Of a DNA stretch of 64,000 bases, positions 49,101 to 58,100 are shown piece after piece. Source of the DNA: Mytilus edulis (taxonomy: Eukaryota). The number at the start of each line of letters is the position of its first letter. The stretch's first letter is position 1. The notes beneath the pieces were generated by a model. It saw only the letters and a program-made list of their open reading frames with translations. It did no database searches and was not told the DNA's origin. Both the position numbers and the translations under genes were made by a program. The stretch is from positions 90,458,001 through 90,522,000 of the forward strand of contig NC_092346.1 in NCBI RefSeq assembly GCF_963676685.1, given 5' to 3'.

Positions 49101-52100
49101 ACGATGTCTTAACAGTTTCAGAGCAAGACTTAAAAGAAGATATATAATTTTTTGACTTTTCAAATAAAAAATAGCCGTGGTGTAGTGGTTAATGCATCGG
49201 ACTTCTAACACAATGGTTCCTGGTTTCGATTCCCGTTCGGGATGAACACTTGTTTTGTCCCAATCTACTATAAATAAATGTTCAAACAAAATAAAAAAAA
49301 AAATGAGTTTTCAAACTAATAAAAAAGCAATTTAAATCTAAAATGTTTCCCAATTTCATATTTTTTTCTCTTTTTTTAGGAAAAAAACAATTTTTATCTG
49401 CCTGCATTTTGTTAACCTACTTTGCATAGCAAGACCTTATAAAGAATTTATCATAGGTTTAATGAATATTTGTGAATTATATGCAACTTGAAATATAGCA
49501 AACAACAATCATTTATACCTATCCTATAACAGATCTGATAAATGTCTGTGTTTATTCAATTTATATATTTAGCGATCGAGTGGTCTCAGTAGTATGAATT
49601 CGAACCCCGGCCAGAGAAGAACAAAATATTTTCTAACGCAAATTTCCAGATCGGACTTGTTGTGATATTATTTAGACAAAATTTACATGTTATATATACA
49701 GAATGTGTTTTCAGTCTTGTATCCCCATCATTGGTGATTCGTAGATAAAATATGTTGGAGAGTTGTCACTGGTTCAGACGTACATAAATATTATTCGTCT
49801 AATAACAGCTCAACAATTTTAGATCGGTAAATTTGCGAGTCAATTATTTTTCTTTCCCGGCCAGTATTCGAACTTATGCTATTGAGATTTCAAGGCAACA
49901 CATTCCTTTGCATTTTGCACGGCGCGCAAGTCTACTCGACTACATAGTCTTGTATATATACAAATTTTCGATGGCCGGGTTTTACTTTTCCTAGTCAGTT
50001 TTTATCTAGTGTACATATAGCATGAAGATGAAATATTAAAGATTAGCTGAATTAAGTATCGTAGACGATCTTACAAATTAAATACTTCCGAACCAGTGAC
50101 AAACCTTCGACTGATTTTATCTATCGGATCACCAGTCAGTGACGGTGATGCAAGGCTGAAATCACATTCTGTTTCTACACAATTTGTTTACTTTTTATAT
50201 TTTTCGTTTGGGCTTGTTTTATATTTTCCTTCGGCTTTATCGGTTCATGCTTTTTAAACTCTTTGAAAATCAAGAATCTATCTAAATTTAGGTGAATAAT
50301 ATGGAAATACAAATACCGTTTCGATTCCTTACACCACTGAAGAGATATTTATTGTCGAAATCCGGATATAGTGTACATCTTGTTTGTGGTATACCGTCTT
50401 TTCCGCAAGTATATTGTTTTCTGTTGGTATTACATACTAGAAGGATCCATTTTGTTAAATCTTTTAAGCAATTTATTTAGCAATCGAAAATGGCAGTCAG
50501 TATGGTTTAAGAACCTCAATTGTTCGACCTACCAGTCAAATGTTTTTTGTCGAAATATACTTTTTCACTCTTTTGGTCTTTAGAAAATGTTTTTGCACTG
50601 TATTTTTTCCCCTTTACAGGGATTTTTTTTCCATGCACTAGCATGGTTTTTATCCAAGGCAATCATAAGTTTGAACGTTCTTTCAACTTTAGACTTGTAT
50701 ATATACAAAAGCTCCTACGAGGACCTCTTACATAAAGCTAAGGTGCCTTTCTTGCAGATTAGACGGATAAGAACAATGGCTCTAGAAACTTTTAAAATTA
50801 TAAACAACATTGCTCCTGTGTGCTTACAAAATTTGGTGAATGTCAAACAATCTATATATTCTTTCAGGTATGAAAATATTCTTGAAATTCCACAGGTAAA
50901 GTCAACCCGTTACGGTAAAAAATCGTTCAAATTTGCTGCTCCTACTTTATGGAACAGTCTTCCAAACCATTTCAGGACAGAAAACAGTTTTTTTCACATT
51001 TTAAAAGTCTTGTTCAGTCCTGGAACGGTTTGGAATGTCACTGTTCTGCTTGCAGATAAATTTTAAACTGTTTTATTATTTATGCTGCTTTTGGTTGCTC
51101 TGGTCAAGCATGTTTTTACTTCATTCGAAAATTTGTTGATTATTTTTATTGCATGCTATGTATGTGAGATTTCAACTTTGTATTACAGGTTGTTTTATAT
51201 GTCAAAATGCACTGTTTTTATGTTATTTATATGTTTTTATATTCGGTCAAAAGCTCCTTAGAGCTTGTGTTGCTTATTTGTACTCATGCCGAATCAAAAT
51301 AAAGTTTTCTTATCTTATCTTATCTTATCTTACGCACCAGCTTGGTGATGATTTGTATTCTGTGTAAAGGTTGATATGACAAAACTTGTCCACACAAACG
51401 ATTTCAGAACCTCCCGGTAGTGTCGGACTTTCAAACAATCGTCCATTATTCTGCAACGGTAATATTTGTTGAAGTTGAAGCAACATTTAATAAAACATAT
51501 AAAATCCAACATAGAAGAGTATTGGTTGCCGTTAACATTATGTTTCAGATAAAATAAAAGTTTTTATTATACTTCCTGTCAAAATGCCAGATTTTGATTG
51601 GCTAATACGAGGGTGTTAATTTACTCTATTACCCTTCCTGGAGACTCTCGATCAAGTGTGCGCTTTATTAAATACGACCCCATCCTATGACAAATACTCT
51701 ATTAACCTTCACGGAGACGCTTGATCAAGTGTGAGCTTTATTAAATACGACTCTATCCTATTGCAAAAACTCTATTACCCTTCACGGAGACGCTTAATCA
51801 AACGTGTGCTTTATTTTTATTAAATACGGATGATTGTTATGTACAAGACGTCATAGTTTATTACTTTGAATTTGAAATTTAATCGACAGTAATAAAAGAA
51901 CATTCAGTATAATGATTTAAATAACACAAATCTGAGAGGGTGATAGCGCAGATAGTTATCCCTCGAAAAGACATGGTCAACCTTGGCTTCACCTCACTTG
52001 ACAATGTTTTCTCGGGGTAACAATCTGCTCTATCACCCTCTTAGCTATGTGTACTTTAAATAATGTCAAGTTTTTAATTTCTTTTATAATTTAAATAATC

Positions 52101-55100
52101 CCTAATCATTCGTATATTCAATATGAAAAAAACCCACTGAATCTAGAATTTTAAAACTTTTATAACTTACCTTAAAATTTAATCTTTTGAGAACCACTGA
52201 AAAAAAGGTAAACAAATGTTCATGTTTTTGGCATAGTCACATGAAGACTCAAGAATTACATGTACTATGCCGGATTCCTTACGAATTTGCAAGTTTGAGG
52301 ATGGAGGAGGGGATTTCAAATTTTCCTTATAGGAAGCAATTAGAATCGACTTCTTCCTTGTAAGTTAAGAGTGTAAATTACAAATAGTTAAAGAAGATAA
52401 AAGACCGATTATATTAAAATCAACCGACCATAACGTTATTTCCTTAAGAATCAGAACTCATAAAAGTAAACAAAGTGAAAAGATACTGGACATTATACTC
52501 ATCAAAACCGAAAGATAGAGAATATTGTTGTAATATAGAATTCGAAAAAACTAATAAAACATTACGAAAACAAGGAATAAACTGCAGAAAATTTAGGTGT
52601 ATTATAGGATAACTATGAAGCTGAAGTTTGGGACAGCAGTTTAGATTTTTGAGAAAGAAAAGCGAAATAAATAAAAATGTGTCCCTAGTACATGGATGCC
52701 ACATTTACACTATCTTTTTAATGTTCAAAAGACCTTGAAAATGGAGGAAAATTTGGCATTAAAAGATAATGTCATAGGGAACATATATATGTGCTACTTT
52801 TAAAGTTGATTGGACTTCAACTTCATCAAAAACTACCTTGACCAAAAATGTTAACCTTAAGCGGGATATGTCTCATATTATCGCATGCGATACAAAAAGG
52901 GAGTCATTAAGACAAGTAACTATTTTCATCTGAAATAAATTGGGATTCCCGAAAGTTGATGATATCTTGCATTATATCTTTCCAAGTTTATTGTCCACAT
53001 ATATGTTTTCTAACTTTCTTTAATCAGCTTTTTCTTAATCTATCTAAATCGATATGCTAGAGGGTATACGTAGAAAAGAAGTATCATATCAAAAGTGAAA
53101 AAGGGCAATAGTTATTCAGTAACACGTGATCACCAATTTTAAATGAAAGTTTAAATACACTTGTGAATATGTAAATGTTTGATCTGTAAACATACGTGTA
53201 ATATTTAGAATGTTATCCCTTATGTACAAAATTATCCAAAATTGTCTATAAAATTGACTGTTAACCCGTCTAACCCAGAAGATTTTCTACACCTACTTCG
53301 TGATAAATACATGTAGCATATGAGCATTCGTCTTCTGTTATATCCTCATCACAGACTGATTGATCATTGTGTCCCTTACTTTCTCATACTGTGTTTCAAA
53401 CATAATTTTCTCGCACGAACTTGAATCAGGGCTTTGAATCGAGCATACATTTTTATACACTATAATGTTAAATGTCTTATTATGAATTTTTTAGAATACA
53501 AAAATTATTTCATATTCAGAAAATTCCTTGTTTTCATACATACATGTATAATGTGATTTTATCTTGAAACAACCTAAGCATATAAAAGTAAAGGAAACAA
53601 ATGTCCATGGGCACTCATAATCACTTTATCTGGTTATCAAAAGGCTGAACAAATATTATAATATGTTCATTTAATAGTTACTGTTGATGTTATAATATTT
53701 CTAATCAAGAATGAAAATACTCTAGAGTGTGATAACACTAGTGAGGCAATTCGATGTTTGCTATACCATTGTTTATTCCAACGCAATTAATAAGAAAAAA
53801 ACACTATATCAATCAGCTTGATCTTTAATTTCATAAAAGAAATGATTACACTTTGTAGTCGCGTACTATTACATTGGCGTTTTTCAATAAACACGTACTT
53901 TCTAGTCCTAGCTACTTTAAAAACAATGTGTTTGATCCTTGTTAGTATTTTTTTTTGTGTGCAGTCAGATTTAACATTTGTAAGCAAAGAAACAGTTTTT
54001 TGTTAAGGAATTGATAAGATATTGATTCCTGAATGGTCCAAAACAACCAAAATGGCATGTCCCTAGACCACCTGTTCAATAATCATACTCTAAAATATCG
54101 TAAAAAACTGTAGAAATACATATTATTTTTACTTAATATAAGTAGTTTAATAATTCAAGACAAGACAAGACAAGTGTATTAATACATTCAAAAGTATGTT
54201 TAGAGCCAACGTATTTTAATACACAGCTTTAAACGAAGGATCTTTAATTTCAGAAGGTGTGTGCCTGGCAACATGTCCACTACGAAACGACGTCATTAAA
54301 ATTTGCTAATAAACAGTTTTATGAAATCAATGTAATTTTTGTTTGCAAGATATAAACATTAGGGTCTTATAAAGAAGTGATGCTTTTATAACGGCAATTA
54401 AATTGTTGGTAAGAAATTTTGAGCACATCAAATGGACAAGAGTGATACTGTATTCTGTAAATGTCCACTACGAAACGGGTCAAATCTCCTTCAGGATCTG
54501 GTTTTAAAATTATGAACAAAATATCAGTGTAAAGCTTATTACATGCTTTGATGAATACAATCAGTCTTGTAACTATTGCAATATAGGGATTGTGGGGATA
54601 AAATAAAACGTGTGATTATGTCCCCTACGAAACGGTCACTTATTTAACAAGTAGGGGAGAAAAACGCTTCGTAGTGAACACTATCACTACCATGGAGTTT
54701 TTTTTAACTCTTTGTTTAAATATATTCGTGCAGAACAAATAACAAGGTCAAGTTTTTGCTAATTTTTATTATGTTTTTATTAAATAGAATAGGTTTGATG
54801 TCAACTACGATTTTTTTTGTCCACTACGAAACGTATCAAAATTACCACTACGTAACACGAGTTGTACCTTAAGTGAAGTACTGTCTAATCTTTATCGATA
54901 AAAAATGGTTCTCCAATTGAGAAAAATAAAATAAAATTTCTATAGTATATAAAGTAAACAAACTGGAATGTCTATAGGAAACATTTAAAATTGCAAAAAA
55001 AAAGTTTGTTTAGAAGCAGTTTCGTAGGCCAAGAAATAGTACACAAATTATGAAAATGATATAATTTTAAAGAGTATTTACGATTGCACTTTTTGTTTAC

Positions 55101-58100
55101 AAACAGGTCTATAATAGAGGTTTTCAAAATAACACTGAAAATAAATTTTAGACAAGTTAATTGTCCATTTGTTTAGGTCTGAAAGTTACGCTTTTTTTAA
55201 AACGCCCAAATACGCAAATGAAAGATCCAAAACTATACCAATACAGTAAGACACGTTATTGAAATATAGCAAATCTTTTGGTTGACAAATTTGTATTCGT
55301 TATTGCAAAACAATAAACTTAAAAATATCTGTCATTTTCTCCCTACCCCGCTGTTTACCCTTTTACTTTTTATGAACTGGACTGGTCATTATTGAATCTT
55401 AGGCAATTTGATTTCATTAAGTTATTATAGTTTTAATTGACCTTCAAACTGTTGATGCTTTTCCTACATGCCTATTGATTGATTAATCAGAACGTGCATG
55501 AATATAAATGGTAACTAAAATGACCGGCAAATTGGACACTGGACGAGTCAATATTATTTTTTATCAATGAAAGTAAAGGTAAGAAAGGTAGGAATTGCCA
55601 CTTTTGTATTTTCATACAATTTTGCGAAAACACAGTAAATAGATTATTTAAAAAAAAAACTTATTGTGGAGAAAAAAGAGAAAGTGCACTTATAAGACGT
55701 TTTATTCCATTAAACAAGTTATTTTTCGAAGAGAATTACCGAAATGCCTTTTCCGCACGGTGGCTACGACAGGTAAAATTTTTATCTATTATCATTTTTC
55801 AGTCTCATTGGGTTTTACTAATCCCAATTAAATCCCAAACTCATTTACTCATTAATAAAGTAAAAATAAAGTAAAAAAAAAGTCCGACCTGCCTATTTTT
55901 TGATCATCAAAACTCAATACGGTTGTTTTAGTGTAATTTTCGTCTACCTCACAAAATCTTCTATGGCACTATATATGGATTTACACCACTTTTTAAAGAT
56001 TTTAACCAGTATTTTGAAAACTAGAAAAAAATGATATTCAATATAGCAGAAGTTAAATCTAGTATGACCTGCATGAGACCTGTTTGAGTTTGTTAGGAAA
56101 TATACTAGATAGATATAAAATGATGTGGTGTAAGTGCCAATGAGACAACTCTCCATCCAAATAACAATTTAAAAAAAAGTAAACCGTTATAGGTCAATGT
56201 ACGGTCTTCAACACGGAGCGATGGCTCACACCGAACAACAAGCTATAAAGGGTATATATACTAGTATATTTACACAACAAATGAAATTAAGCCTATAAAA
56301 TAAGATCAAAAAGCAAAAGCAATACAGCTAAAATTCTATGTCTCTGTATCCCCAAAAGACATACTATTATCTTACAACATAGCTCAAATTAGGTGAACAT
56401 TTCCTTGCATCTATTTCTAATTATCAAAGATTATTTATCAAATCAATTCCAAGTGAATGTAACAAACATACATAAATGCAAAAACATTACATACCATCAA
56501 GTTTTACATTTATTATGAAGCATCTGTAGTCTGTTTGGACTGTTCCTCTAAAGAAATAATAAATTCTATGTTCATAAAGAATATCTTTTACTGATCTGGT
56601 TTGAAAGTTAACTGAATAAATGTTCATTTTATTTTACTGTTGATATAGGTATATTTTATGAATAAAGAAGGTTTTTGTTAGTTATTTCTTTGTAAATATG
56701 AATGTTGTGGCGTCCTGACTTATACCACAAATTATAAGAACCAAAGAGAACTTTTGTGTTGATAGCAGGAAATGATAGTAACATTGTTTACCGTAGATTG
56801 TCATCGTAATAGTTAATCATCAACAAAAAGAAGCCTGGATATTGAGCACATATATTACATGTACAATACGATACAAGTTTATTTATATGATATTCCATGT
56901 GTATTGCAATCATCGAATTTCTATTCACGTTAAGGTAACTAAATACGGAAAACGTATCGGCGAATTGTTAACTGGAAGCAAACAATTATAAAAAAAAGAA
57001 ATTCTAAATTTGAACAAATCATAAAATTTCCTTTAGTAAACAGTTTATGCACATAAGTTTTATAATAAAATCTATTTAAAAATTTATAAAAAAAACATAT
57101 GCCTTATCATTTTGAAATTTGAAGTTTTGACTTTGAGACATAGAATGTTTATTTGTATTTCAGCATGTGAACAATAAAATCATTAACTAAATATGGTAAT
57201 TTACGTCATCGCAGACACAGCCCGGTTGACGTTTTTTATATTTACGAAGCAATCCGAATATTTCACTCTTTTCTTCCGCTGTTTTTTAGCTGCCAATTAG
57301 AATCACTCGTTCAATGTTGATTTTATGTTTTTGTCGAGCTTTTGACGAATAAAAAAGACATAGCGATCTAACATTCCGTCGCCGTCGTCGGCGGCGTCCA
57401 CAAATACTCACTCTGTGTTTTTTGAAATCTTATTAACTTTATTAAACTGTCCATGATTTCTACTTACCATGGATAGAAGCTTGTTTACGATCATAAGATA
57501 GTATCCAGAAATAAATTTATCAAAAATTAAAAATCCTGTTTATCCGAATTTTACTTATAAATAGAATATTTTTTTTGCCAGTTAACATAACATTTACTCT
57601 ATGGTTAAATTTTAAAATTTTAATATCTTTCTTAAACTATCCTGGAGTTCTACAAAACGTAAAAAGGGTGGATCAATTTCAATTTTAATCTTGAAAGATA
57701 AGTAAGAATCCATCTCTAAAAGTTGAGAACACCATGTTGGACCACCTTCTGTTCATACCAGTCAATTAAAATATATTCATAATTTCAAACGTTTATATTA
57801 TTTGATTTCATTTCACATAAGATAAATTTGCAATTAGAAATATAGTCTCAAGCTCATAGTGTTTGGTTGTTTGGTTGGTTTTATTTTTTATATAAAAGTA
57901 TAATATTTTTATTTAACTGAGACAATATTTGAATAAGTACAGTGTATTAATACATGATAATAAATCGTTGTTATCCCGATTCATTTTACTTCTATGCTTA
58001 TATAATCATCTACTTAGACGATAAATTTTTTTTAAGGTAAATTAATAAATTAGTGATTGACTTCTCTTAACATAAACTTTAAGGTCCAAGTATATTATAA

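Noticed and set aside
49174-49245. Functional tRNA-Arg(TCT)
   Set aside because: The acceptor and anticodon stems do not pair properly; better explained as a SINE head.
53270-53385. Short Cys/acidic minus-strand reading frame (SVCDEDITEDECSYATCIYHE)
   Set aside because: No compatible splice sites and no place in the repeating exon pattern.
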